Source: Candidatus Poribacteria bacterium (GTDB lineage Bacteria; Poribacteria; WGA-4E; PCPOR2b). Taken from it: a stretch of 64,000 nt of DNA. Below are positions 20,056-31,367 of the stretch, one piece after another (the stretch's first letter is position 1; each line of letters begins with the position of its first letter). Below the pieces are notes generated by a model, which was not told where the DNA came from, made no database searches, and saw only the letters and a list, made by a program, of their open reading frames with translations. Position numbers and translations under genes: made by a program. The stretch covers positions 32,001 through 96,000 of the forward strand of contig OZ220744.1 in NCBI GenBank assembly GCA_965116925.1, written 5' to 3'.

Positions 20056-22110
20056 TTACCGGCCTCCTCTTCCGCCACCGGCACTTCGCTGCATCCGTCT
20101 CATTGTCGAAGCCGGATTGCCCATCATACGTCTGAATCGTTCCATGTCTCCACCGCCTCTGCGCTCGAAACCACCCACAGCGACTGCCTGTCCTTCGCTT
20201 AAACCAGAGATGATCTCTGTCCTATCAAAACTGCTCACGCCAGCTTCAATAGGTTGTGGACGTCCCGGCTGACCATCCTCGCCGATGACACGGACCATTT
20301 TTCGGTTCCCGAAAGACAAAATCGCTTCATTCGGGAGAACTAGTATATTCCGTTTATTCGTGGCGGCGATTTCGACAGTCGCATTCATCCCCGGCTTCAA
20401 GAACGGGGTATCCGTCTCTTCGGACGGGGTTTCCTCACGCGCAGCTTCTTGCGTCCCTGCGTCACCGAAGAAGCTGTCTGCCATAGCCATCCACGGATCA
20501 GGTGCTTCTGTAGGATCGGCAGCCGCTGCATTCTCGTTGGAGATTTCGGTAGTCTCTGATGGTGTCGCTTCATCCTGTCGCTGCCGACGCATCTGTCGAA
20601 AACGTTCTCGCTGCTCCGGCGTAAATTCGCCCCGACTCTCACCTTGGGGGAAACCGCCACCACCGCGATCCGTGAATCCACCGCCTCTCCCCCAACGCCC
20701 TCGGCCCCTTGGACGCGTATTTGTAATTTCGGTGATAACTTTGAATGTCGTTACGTTTTGAACCACCTGCCCTTGTGGTGCAATGCGAAGTACCTGCCCT
20801 TGCAGCGGCTGGTCCGGGTAGGCTTCGACGGTGATGGTCACAGATTGACCGACTTTCACCTTGCCGATATCGGTTTCGTCAACCTCCGTTGCCACATAAA
20901 CCTTTTCGAGATCCGCCATCGTTGCGAGCACCTGCCCTTCGGACGAGACAGAGCCGCCTCTACCTCCCCCGCCAAAGCTGGAGACTATTACCTGTCCTTC
21001 CTCCACCCTTTTTTCTAGAATCGTTCCGGAGATGGGCGCACGAATAACCGTATCGTCATAGCTTTCTTTTGCAAGTTGCAAAGCACTCTCGCTGCGCATG
21101 AATTGTGCCCGGGAACTTTCAAGATCTTTTTCCTTCAGATCGATCTGCTTTTGGTTGGCAAGTGCCAACTCCAAAGCATCCTTGGCTTGTGTGACACGAA
21201 GCTGCTGAATCTCTATCTCCATATCCCGATACTTCTCTTTCTCAATCTGTTCTTTCGCTGCGCCAATGGCGAACGCGGCTTTCTTAATCTCAGCTTCTGA
21301 GAGTTTTAATTCCGCTTCACTTGCCGGTTGTACCACTAGCTTGGCTTGCTCCACAGCCGAGTCGTATTGCGCTTGTGCTGAGTTACGCTGCGTTTCAGCA
21401 GCGTCGAGATCTGATTTTGAGATATATTTCTCCTCGAAAAGTTTCTGTTTTCGCTCATATTCCTTTTTGGCAAGGTCAAAGTTGGCTTTTGCCTGAGTTA
21501 CGCTAGCCTCTGCACGCTTCTTTTCCTCCTCTCGCACCGTTTTAGATGTTAGAAGATCGTATCGCAACTTTGCCATGTCGTGGCTATTTTCTGCATCTTC
21601 TAATTGGCGTTTATTGGTTATTTTTTCAATCCGTATCTGTTCTCTGAGTTGTTCCAACTGTTTTTCTGCCTCAGCTAACTTTTCTTCCGCTTGTTGGATC
21701 TGAATCTTAGTTTGTTCCTTTTGCAATTCGATATTAATCTCCGATTGGTCAAGGCGTGCTTGAGAGGCGTTAAAGTCCGCTTTTGCCTGCTCCAGATCCG
21801 CTGCAACATAGGTGGTTTCGATACGCGCAATAACGGCGTCTTGTTCCACATAATCCCCTTCTTCAACGGTGATTTCTAAAATTTTACCGCTGGCTTTGGA
21901 GCTTACTTCAACAATGTTAAGCGGCTCAATGGTCCCGGTGGCGTCAATTGTCACCTCAATATTGCCCCGCTCAACCATAGCGGTCTTGATTTCGGGTGCG
22001 CTGTTGGCTTCCTCCCTGGTTGCCTTGGCGCGCTGAATCCACAGCAGCACACCGCCGGATATCAGGACCACGACAGTAAGTGCTATGACAATGATCCATC
22101 TTCTTTGCAT
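20056..22110 (-). CDS. MacA/HlyD-like periplasmic adaptor with long coiled coil
   Basis: ATGTIEP...VEVSSKASG, IRAPISG, VDETDIGKVKVGQ, LKPGMNA. Confidence 0.9.
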   Translation of the reverse strand: MQRRWIIVIALTVVVLISGGVLLWIQRAKATREEANSAPEIKTAMVERGNIEVTIDATGTIEPLNIVEVSSKASGKILEITVEEGDYVEQDAVIARIETTYVAADLEQAKADFNASQARLDQSEINIELQKEQTKIQIQQAEEKLAEAEKQLEQLREQIRIEKITNKRQLEDAENSHDMAKLRYDLLTSKTVREEEKKRAEASVTQAKANFDLAKKEYERKQKLFEEKYISKSDLDAAETQRNSAQAQYDSAVEQAKLVVQPASEAELKLSEAEIKKAAFAIGAAKEQIEKEKYRDMEIEIQQLRVTQAKDALELALANQKQIDLKEKDLESSRAQFMRSESALQLAKESYDDTVIRAPISGTILEKRVEEGQVIVSSFGGGGRGGSVSSEGQVLATMADLEKVYVATEVDETDIGKVKVGQSVTITVEAYPDQPLQGQVLRIAPQGQVVQNVTTFKVITEITNTRPRGRGRWGRGGGFTDRGGGGFPQGESRGEFTPEQRERFRQMRRQRQDEATPSETTEISNENAAAADPTEAPDPWMAMADSFFGDAGTQEAAREETPSEETDTPFLKPGMNATVEIAATNKRNILVLPNEAILSFGNRKMVRVIGEDGQPGRPQPIEAGVSSFDRTEIISGLSEGQAVAVGGFERRGGGDMERFRRMMGNPASTMRRMQRSAGGGRGGR

Positions 22111-22191
22111 CGACTATCCTCCTTTGTTGCCAAGACAGAGATCTGGGGAGAATGGACGAATCCATATCTCCCCTTGTTCCTAGGTTATGAG

Positions 22192-22674
22192 TTAGCGGCC
22201 TCTGCCGCCGCCACCCCCTCTACCACCACCGCGATTCATCATCTGCCCCCTCCGCTTCTGGGCGAGTTCGTCAAGTTTGGTTATCTGCTCTTCGGTCAAA
22301 ACTGTTTTCAAATCTGCCTGAAACCCACTGCCAATCTTCCCGAAGGCTTCGCGTAGTGCGCTGCGATCCTCGGATTCACGAGCTTCTTTGAGAGTTTTCT
22401 GCAGATTATCACGATGTTTCTGATAAACTGGACGGGCTTTGATGAGTGTTTCATCATCGACCTTGAGAGAAAATGTGAGGTCTATCCACGAGTTGTCAAT
22501 AATTGAGGTGGGATTAAAGGCACGCATTCCGCCTCCACCACGTCTTTCGCCTCCACCACCACCGCGCATTCCGCCGCGGTCTGGACGTTGGGCTTGGGTA
22601 ACTTGATTGGTCAGGAAAACGGTAATTGCTGCCATTGCGAGAATCGCTGTGAGTACGAACCATCTGCGTTTCAT
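22192..22674 (-). CDS. Secreted Arg/Gly-rich helical protein (Spy/CpxP-like)
   Basis: Signal peptide, VLTEEQ (LTxxQ-like) motif, RGG-rich termini. Confidence 0.6.
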   Translation of the reverse strand: MKRRWFVLTAILAMAAITVFLTNQVTQAQRPDRGGMRGGGGGERRGGGGMRAFNPTSIIDNSWIDLTFSLKVDDETLIKARPVYQKHRDNLQKTLKEARESEDRSALREAFGKIGSGFQADLKTVLTEEQITKLDELAQKRRGQMMNRGGGRGGGGGRGR

Positions 22675-22943
22675 GGTAAAATCTCCTTCTTTTTTATCAA
22701 ATGAATGTTGGATTAGTGCCGAACCACGGAGTTATTATCAATAATATGTAGGTTTCGGCTATAATCTTGTGTCTCTGCTCCTTTGGGCAGATAAGTTTGG
22801 ATTAAGTTCGCACTTTTTTAAGAAAAATGAATTGGGGTACTATCAACCCAGTTCGGTGAACGAGGAGGGGAGTGAGCGAGGGAGCATGGAGGCGAGTGAA
22901 AACACACGTTCACACGCTTCCTTACATACCCACTACCTCTTGC

Positions 22944-24983
22944 TCATTCTATAGGTCGCCAACGAATTGCTTGGACACGCGGCATATACTGAAAGCCCTC
23001 CGGTGTCGCGGGACCTTCGCTGCCCCAGTTGCGCTCCGATCGCTCACCGACAAGTGTAAGAATCATCCCCGGTTTGCCATCTGCCAGATGGGGTGGTAAA
23101 ACGCAGCTACCAGAGTACCCCGGATACGAAGGCGTTGCGGTCATGAAATACAATTCGTCGCGCCAAGTTCGTCCTTCATCGCAGCTCACCTTCGCTCGCT
23201 CGCCACCGCGATATGTTGGCCCACGGTGCGTATAAAGAAAGACAACCCGCCCGTCCGGCAACTGTACGCCACCGCCGTGCATCTCTTCTAGCAGAAACGT
23301 CGCCGGACGCTGACTATGCCACGTCCGTCCACTATCATCCGACTCAGCCAGCGTGACGCGCTTCGTGTAGGAGGAGAGATTGCGAGCACCTTGAAACCGC
23401 TGCCACAAACGCCACGGACCTTCATTGCGAAACGGACGTTGTAAATCATTAGGCGGTACCCGCGGATTGTTACGGCAGAAGGCGAGTAGTTTTCCTGACT
23501 GTAATTCAAGAATTTGCGGCTCACCCCCCGGACAGATTGGTGAACCAGCCGACCATGTCGTGCCGCCATCGGTTGAGCGGAACGCATGTACGGTAAGTGG
23601 ACCCGCTGCCGTCTGAGAGCTGATAATGCCGACCGGTATAATCAGCGATTCATCGTGTAACTGTTCAATCCCCCCGACCTGCGGATGTTCGGAGGACTCA
23701 ATTTTGCCGAGCGGCTGCCATGTCCTCCCCTGATCGCTTGATCGCGATACTTGCAACATTTCGCCATCGGATTCCACCGCTAGGAACGTCCCGTCGCGCA
23801 ATACAGTGTTGACCGTCTTAGTCGTCTGTAGATTGTCCCAAGCTCGTCCACCATCACCGGTACGCATCACCGTGTGTCCATCGCTCATCTGCGCGTGGAT
23901 TTCGTCGTCGTCGGTAACAATCAACGTCGCTTGCGTGTCAGCGTACCAGTTCCGGTCGTTGGTCCACGGCAGCACACTCCGTTCAGCTGGTATTTCGTGC
24001 ACGGCACTGCGTTTCGTGTACACCACGCCCTGATAGGTTTCCTCGAAAACCGGATAGTTGACGAAGATGTAATCCTCCGGGCTGATCTGCTCTCCGTTTC
24101 CTGCGATAAGTCGAGCGCGGAACTCACCGATTAACGGGAAATCCAACGAGAGTCTACGTTCGATTCGACTAGGTGGGATGGGGTCCGTAAGCGTGTGGGT
24201 AAAGATTACGCGCCCTCCGACAAGCTCTCTGACCTCCAACGTGATCGGTTCGTTGACCGTCTCGGCTGCATGATTATATGTTGTCAGAGATAGTTTGAGC
24301 GGTCCGTCATTGAGGTGAATTAGCGAGCTGTCCCGCCGTCCCTGACGGGGTCGAGCTCCGGGGCATCCAGCAACCGCTGCCTCGACGTTTCGGCGTGTTT
24401 CAAACTCGGTTGCCTGTGGTCCCCGCTCCAACTGTGCGGCATCGAACCAAACGACCTCTCCCGGTTTATCTGCCGTAACCTTGAAGTCGACGACAGCGCG
24501 CTTTTCAAGTTCGTCCGTGCAGCAGGTAAATGAAAAACGCTGCCATTCCGTTGAAAGTGGCATGGCATAACTGAGCGAATCGGGGGACTGTGTAAAGTCT
24601 ACAGGACGCGTCCACAATCCCATCTCAAGTTTTGCCGATGCCTCATCGCTCCGTGCATAAACCGAAATGGTATATGGCCTACAGGGCACGATACCTACCA
24701 TCGGTGAAAGCAGATGCCCTACAGCGGTGCTGCCATTTACCGCCGTTTCATGAGGAGTAACCTCTGTCTCAACCCGCGCTGCACGTTCACCATCAACCGT
24801 CTCGTCCATAGCTACACTACGCGGCGGCACCTGCGGCACCTGAGTTATCCCTATTTCGTCGGGATTCAGATCGAGGTGCAGCTGTAAGGTCAATTCATTT
24901 TGTGTATCTCCCCAATTTGTCGGTACGGTATCACCTAAGTCGAGTTCAAAACTGGCGTTGGGTAGCAGATTTTTCGAGGGCAT
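22944..24983 (-). CDS. Sialidase-like (BNR/Asp-box) protein with N-terminal CBM-like domain
   Basis: NLLPNASFE N-terminus; Asp-boxes TGDGGRAW, SSDQGRTW, STDGGTTW, SDDSGRTW, SCDEGRTW. Confidence 0.82.
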   Translation of the reverse strand: MPSKNLLPNASFELDLGDTVPTNWGDTQNELTLQLHLDLNPDEIGITQVPQVPPRSVAMDETVDGERAARVETEVTPHETAVNGSTAVGHLLSPMVGIVPCRPYTISVYARSDEASAKLEMGLWTRPVDFTQSPDSLSYAMPLSTEWQRFSFTCCTDELEKRAVVDFKVTADKPGEVVWFDAAQLERGPQATEFETRRNVEAAVAGCPGARPRQGRRDSSLIHLNDGPLKLSLTTYNHAAETVNEPITLEVRELVGGRVIFTHTLTDPIPPSRIERRLSLDFPLIGEFRARLIAGNGEQISPEDYIFVNYPVFEETYQGVVYTKRSAVHEIPAERSVLPWTNDRNWYADTQATLIVTDDDEIHAQMSDGHTVMRTGDGGRAWDNLQTTKTVNTVLRDGTFLAVESDGEMLQVSRSSDQGRTWQPLGKIESSEHPQVGGIEQLHDESLIIPVGIISSQTAAGPLTVHAFRSTDGGTTWSAGSPICPGGEPQILELQSGKLLAFCRNNPRVPPNDLQRPFRNEGPWRLWQRFQGARNLSSYTKRVTLAESDDSGRTWHSQRPATFLLEEMHGGGVQLPDGRVVFLYTHRGPTYRGGERAKVSCDEGRTWRDELYFMTATPSYPGYSGSCVLPPHLADGKPGMILTLVGERSERNWGSEGPATPEGFQYMPRVQAIRWRPIE

Positions 24984-25033
24984 ATATAGAGGGCCTCGCG
25001 TTTGGAATGGCAGCGTTTCCGTCTATTGCGTGT

Positions 25034-27646
25034 TTAACCTGCGGCGAGTGCATCTTCCGCAGCCGGATCCGGCACTGTGAATGTGAGTTCATCATTTTTT
25101 GCCGCAATCAGCAAATGATCCCCATCACGTACCTCGTTTTGGATAACCTGCATCGCTAGCGGATCAATGATGCGCTGCTGAATGACTCGTTTAAGGGGGC
25201 GTGCACCGTAGGCAGGGTCATAGCCTTCTTCGATAAGGAGATCCACCGCCGCATCCGTCATCTCAATCGAGATCTTTCGTTTAGCGAGCAACTGACGCAC
25301 GTTACCAAGCTGAATTTCTGCAATTTGACGGATGTGTTCGGTTTCTAGACGATGGAAAAACACCACTTCGTCAATCCGGTTCAGAAACTCCGGACGGAAA
25401 TGCTCACGAAGCGCAAAGGTCACCCGCTCACGCATCACTTGGTCATCCGTGATATTCAGAATCGAGTCGCTGCCGATGTTGCTGGTCATGATGATGACCG
25501 TGTTGCGAAAATCAACGGTGCGACCTTGACCGTCGGTGAGCCGACCATCATCGAGCACCTGCAGGAAGACGTTGAACACCTCCGGGTGTGCTTTCTCAAT
25601 TTCGTCGAGCAGCACAACACTGTAGGGACGGCGTCGGATAGCTTCGGTCAACTGACCGCCCTCGTCGTACCCCACATATCCCGGCGGTGCGCCGATTAAG
25701 CGTGCTACAGTGTGCTGTTCCTGGTACTCGCTCATGTCAATCCGCACCATGTTCTGCTCATCATCGAACAGGAATTCCGCCAACGCACGCGCAAGTTCGG
25801 TTTTCCCCACACCCGTCGGTCCTAAAAAAATAAACGAACCGATCGGACGATTCGGGTCTTGTAAGCCAGAACGACTTCGTCTCACCGCCCGCGCCACCGC
25901 TTCAACGGGACCGTCCTGCCCGACGATTCTGTTATGCAGCCGTTTTTCCATCTGCACCAGTTTTTCGATCTCACCTTCTAGCAGTTTACTCGCCGGAATT
26001 CCTGTCCACTTACTGATAATGGCGGCGATGTCTTCGGAATCTACCTCTTCCTTTAGCAGGGCACCATCGCCCTGAAGTTGTACAAGTGCCGCTTCGGCGT
26101 CAGCAAGATCATTCTCTAACTGACGGAGATGACCATAGCGGAGTTCGGCAGCTCGCTGTAAATCGGTCTGACGCTCTGCTTCCTCAATTTGCAGATTGAC
26201 TTGGTCAATCTGCTCGCGGATACCACGTACCTTCTCGATTGCACTTGTCTCAGCTTGCCAACGGACGGACAACTGCGTGCTTTTCTCTTCAAGATTGGCA
26301 AGTTGCTCTTCAATTTTTGCCAGCCGTTCTTTGCTCCCTGCGTCCTTCTCCTTTTTCAAGGCTTCTCGCTCGATCTGCAGCTGCATGACCTCTCGATCAA
26401 CGGTGTCCAATTCTGCCGGTTTGCTATCAATCTCGGTGCGGAGTCGGCTCGCTGCTTCGTCTACAAGGTCAATTGCCTTGTCCGGCAGAAAACGATCGCT
26501 GATATAGCGGTGGCTCAAGGTTGCAGCGGAGATCACTGCGCTATCGGTGATACGGACGCCGTGATGTACCTCGTACCGCTCTTTGAGACTACGCAGGATG
26601 CTGATGGTATCCTCAACGGAGGGTTCATCAATATAAACCGGTTGGAACCGGCGTTCAAGTGCCGCATCTTTTTCGATATGCTTACGGTATTCGTCGAGCG
26701 TGGTTGCACCGATGGCGTGGAGTTCACCGCGCGCTAGCATCGGCTTGAGCATGTTGGACGCATCCATCGCACCTTCGGCTGCCCCCGCGCCGACGAGGGT
26801 GTGCATTTCGTCAATAAAAAGAAGAATCTGTCCGTCGGCACTCTGAATCTCTTGTAGCACTGCCTTCAGACGTTCCTCAAATTCACCACGATATTTTGCG
26901 CCGGCGACCAACGCGCCGAGGTCAAGCGCAACAAGCCTTTTCTCTTTCAGACCGAGTGGAACATCACCCCGCACGATGCGTTGTGCAAGTCCCTCGACGA
27001 CAGCGGTTTTACCAACACCCGGCTCACCGATGAGTACCGGATTGTTTTTTGTGCGCCGGTTCAGAATCTGGATCGTGCGCCGAATCTCTTCGTCCCGACC
27101 AATCACGGGATCTAGCTTCCCTTTACGGGCTTCCTGCGCCAGGTCACGACCGTATTTGACCAACGCCTCATACTGGTCTTCGGGTGTCGGGCTGCTGACC
27201 CGTTGGGAGCCGCGAATACCCATTAAGGCATCCATGATGCTCTGTTCGTTCACGCCAAAGATGGCTAACAGTTCGCGGACTGTAGATGTCTTCGCCTGTA
27301 CCATCGCTAGCAGAATATGTTCGGTGGACGTGTAGTCGTCCTTCATCTTATCGACGATTGCCTCTGCCGCGTCGAGAATACTAACTATGTCCCGATCCAT
27401 TCCAACTTGAACCGATGCACCTGTGGCGCGTGGCATGCGATCCAACGTCTCATCGATCCGCTGTTCCAGCGTATCGGTATCCACACCAATCCGTTTGAGA
27501 ACAGATGGAACGACACCGCCTTCTTGCTCAACTAGCACCTTGAGCAGATGTTCCGGTTTGACCGCCGGATGGTTGTACTTCTGTGCCAAATTCTGCGCTT
27601 CTAGAAGTGCCTCTTGACCCTTTTGTGTAAATTTGTCAATGCGCAT
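25034..27646 (-). CDS. clpB: ATP-dependent chaperone ClpB
   Basis: GEPGVGKT and GPTGVGKT Walker A motifs, middle coiled coil, GAPPGYVGY. Confidence 0.97.
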   Translation of the reverse strand: MRIDKFTQKGQEALLEAQNLAQKYNHPAVKPEHLLKVLVEQEGGVVPSVLKRIGVDTDTLEQRIDETLDRMPRATGASVQVGMDRDIVSILDAAEAIVDKMKDDYTSTEHILLAMVQAKTSTVRELLAIFGVNEQSIMDALMGIRGSQRVSSPTPEDQYEALVKYGRDLAQEARKGKLDPVIGRDEEIRRTIQILNRRTKNNPVLIGEPGVGKTAVVEGLAQRIVRGDVPLGLKEKRLVALDLGALVAGAKYRGEFEERLKAVLQEIQSADGQILLFIDEMHTLVGAGAAEGAMDASNMLKPMLARGELHAIGATTLDEYRKHIEKDAALERRFQPVYIDEPSVEDTISILRSLKERYEVHHGVRITDSAVISAATLSHRYISDRFLPDKAIDLVDEAASRLRTEIDSKPAELDTVDREVMQLQIEREALKKEKDAGSKERLAKIEEQLANLEEKSTQLSVRWQAETSAIEKVRGIREQIDQVNLQIEEAERQTDLQRAAELRYGHLRQLENDLADAEAALVQLQGDGALLKEEVDSEDIAAIISKWTGIPASKLLEGEIEKLVQMEKRLHNRIVGQDGPVEAVARAVRRSRSGLQDPNRPIGSFIFLGPTGVGKTELARALAEFLFDDEQNMVRIDMSEYQEQHTVARLIGAPPGYVGYDEGGQLTEAIRRRPYSVVLLDEIEKAHPEVFNVFLQVLDDGRLTDGQGRTVDFRNTVIIMTSNIGSDSILNITDDQVMRERVTFALREHFRPEFLNRIDEVVFFHRLETEHIRQIAEIQLGNVRQLLAKRKISIEMTDAAVDLLIEEGYDPAYGARPLKRVIQQRIIDPLAMQVIQNEVRDGDHLLIAAKNDELTFTVPDPAAEDALAAG

Positions 27647-27697
27647 AATAATTCCTCCTGATGTGTATTGCGTGAAATATCAATCATAACTAAGTCA

Positions 27698-27826
27698 CGC
27701 AAATGACATGCCAAAGCAATTCTACTTCGCTCCAATTACGCTACAAACGCACATCAAGCATCTTTGAGCAAATTTTTCGGTCGATATAAACGAAAGTCTG
27801 CTCATCTGCACTATGTCAAATTGGCA
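27698..27826 (-). promoter_or_regulatory. Sigma54 (-24/-12) promoter of clpB with upstream palindromic activator site
   Basis: Minus strand TTGGCATGTCATTTGCG (GG-N10-GC) at 27698-27714; TGCCAATTTGACA near-palindrome at 27814-27826. Confidence 0.65.
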
Positions 27827-27888
27827 CACTCATAATTTATACTTTGTCAAGACAACACTTTCTGAGTTTCAAAGTCCGACCTAGGATC

Positions 27889-29175
<1,287 letters not shown>

Positions 29176-29257
29176 TTAAGCGACATCAAATTCAGTCGGA
29201 AAAACAGACTTACGTTTGTCCCAACAAAGGTGAGCGTTAAGATGAAATCAAACTGTT

Positions 29258-30043
29258 TTATGATGACAGCACCTGTTTTTCAAGTCGCCAGTTCAAAACT
29301 CCAAAAAGCGTTGCGGATAGAATTAGGTGATAGAGTACCATCCACACCCAAACCGGTACAATGCCAATGGCAATGTAGGTGTCAGACTTTACGATCGCAA
29401 CTAGCACACACAACGGACTCAGCACCTGCAGCAATTCTAGTAAGATAGTCGGGATACCCACCAACGGTGTCAATGCAGGCATGATAAGTGGAATCAAACT
29501 CAATAACAGCACAACGGCATAACTCCGCCCCATTGCGCGATTCGGGTGTCCCAGCAAGGTAAAACATGCGCCAATAAAAAAAAAGGCGGTAAATCCGGCG
29601 ATAAGTACCAATCCACACTGAAGGAGTTGATGAATCCCCAATCCGCCCGTGTAAACTGATACGCCAAAGAGTGGAATCGTCAACCCAATACACCATAATA
29701 ACCCTAAAACCGCTCCCATCAGTTTGCCAAGCAGAAACTTTCGATGACCGAGGGGTGTGAGATTGAGTAAGTCCCAATTCGATCTGTGTCGTTCAATCTG
29801 AAAAGATTCAACGGCTTGCAGTGGGACAACCAAGCCAAGTAAGAGGCAAAAAAAGAGTGGTATGAGGAGAGCGTAAATACTTTCGCCGACCAGAATTTGT
29901 GGTCGCCCACGGCTTAACGCGAATTGCTCAAACGCTGTGGCAAGTAGCGCGAAAGCAAGAGTGCATAGAATAATAAACTGTGTGCGGCGATACTTTGGTT
30001 GATGCGCGTAACAACGCAGCTCTTTAAGGATTAGGGGGTTCAT
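29258..30043 (-). CDS. ABC-2-type permease-like membrane protein
   Basis: MNPLILKELR start, ER...WDLLNLTPL...GKL motif, about 6 TM segments. Confidence 0.75.
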   Translation of the reverse strand: MNPLILKELRCYAHQPKYRRTQFIILCTLAFALLATAFEQFALSRGRPQILVGESIYALLIPLFFCLLLGLVVPLQAVESFQIERHRSNWDLLNLTPLGHRKFLLGKLMGAVLGLLWCIGLTIPLFGVSVYTGGLGIHQLLQCGLVLIAGFTAFFFIGACFTLLGHPNRAMGRSYAVVLLLSLIPLIMPALTPLVGIPTILLELLQVLSPLCVLVAIVKSDTYIAIGIVPVWVWMVLYHLILSATLFGVLNWRLEKQVLSS

Positions 30044-30273
30044 ATCTTTATCGCAGATTCCACGGAGTCTCGAAAGTGCTGTATCCTGGTCACGATTTGA
30101 CTGATGGCAATAATTATAACCGATTCGCATCCCATGAGCAAGGTTAAGCTGTCGGTCTGCCAAAAATGCTTGAACATTACGAGTGGATGTGTTAATCTAT
30201 TGACATATTGTTGCCTTGGCGCAACTTGTTTTCACAACGATTATGCCCAAAAATTGATAGGAGATGAACTCAG

Positions 30274-31236
30274 ATGAAAAAGTGTGTTTCTCGGACACTA
30301 CAGATGCTACCAGTGATACTTGTTCTCATCGTGGTTTTGCTCAGTCCCCTTCATGCGAATTACAACGGCGAATGCTGGGTTGTTAGCGGCGGGGATACAG
30401 TCTATAAACTTAATGCAGATGGTCTGGCGGATCCAACGATTATACCCGGCCTCACTCAGGCACAAGCTGCCGTGGTTAATCCTCAAAACGGTGTTGTTTG
30501 GATCGCTGTCTCTGCTGCGAATGCGGTTTTCCGATTTGATCCGACAACCAACGCATTCGCCCAACTTCCGCCAATAGAGCGTCCACACTCCGTCTCAGTT
30601 AACCCAACCGACGGAACCGTTTGGATTGGTGGAATTAATACGGTCCAGAAGTTTTCAGCCGACGGCAGTCAGGTGCTTGCGACGATTACTGGTGTGCACG
30701 AACCAACAGTTGCAGTCAATAGCACTGACGGTAGCTGCTGGGTCACAGATTCCCGCGGAACGATTGCTCGGTATAGTGCAGCCGGCGCAGCCGCTGCGAC
30801 CTCTCCGGTAAAACTGAAAGAACCCAAGTATGTCAGTGTCAATTCCACATCTGGCAATGCGTGGGTGACAGATCCACACGGCAATGTCATTGTCAAATTG
30901 AGCCCAAGCGGCCAAGAATTGCTGAGAGTTACCGACCTCAAACTGCCTAGCTCCCCGAGTGTCAACCAGCGGGATGGCAATCTGTGGGTTGTTGCCGACG
31001 GCAATACCCTTGTCAAATTGTCTGCGAATGGGCAAAAATTGCTGGAAGTACCTGCCGGGATGGCAGTTCTTTCTATTTGTGCCAGCTCCCAAGATGGCAG
31101 CGTTTGGGTCGCAGATCAGTTTGGATCAACCTTTCAAGGTGGTGTCAGTAAGTTTTCTGCCGATGGGCAGCAGTTGTTTGAAAATCCGATACCACAGCCC
31201 TCTTTTGTCTCCGTTGGAAATTGGGCGGGGCAATAA
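30274..31236 (+). CDS. Secreted beta-propeller protein (NHL/Vgb-like repeats)
   Basis: Signal peptide; about 7 repeats of VSVNxxDGxxWV...VxKxSxxG. Confidence 0.8.
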   Translation: MKKCVSRTLQMLPVILVLIVVLLSPLHANYNGECWVVSGGDTVYKLNADGLADPTIIPGLTQAQAAVVNPQNGVVWIAVSAANAVFRFDPTTNAFAQLPPIERPHSVSVNPTDGTVWIGGINTVQKFSADGSQVLATITGVHEPTVAVNSTDGSCWVTDSRGTIARYSAAGAAAATSPVKLKEPKYVSVNSTSGNAWVTDPHGNVIVKLSPSGQELLRVTDLKLPSSPSVNQRDGNLWVVADGNTLVKLSANGQKLLEVPAGMAVLSICASSQDGSVWVADQFGSTFQGGVSKFSADGQQLFENPIPQPSFVSVGNWAGQ

Positions 31237-31367
31237 CACATGTAGGGAAAATGGGTAATAGCACTGCCTATCTGCTCACTGGCTCGTGTTTTATCCGAAA
31301 TCGTTGATTCTCTCAATTTGTTTCCTAACTAATCCCGATTTATTCGGAATAAAAAAGGGGGGTTCGT

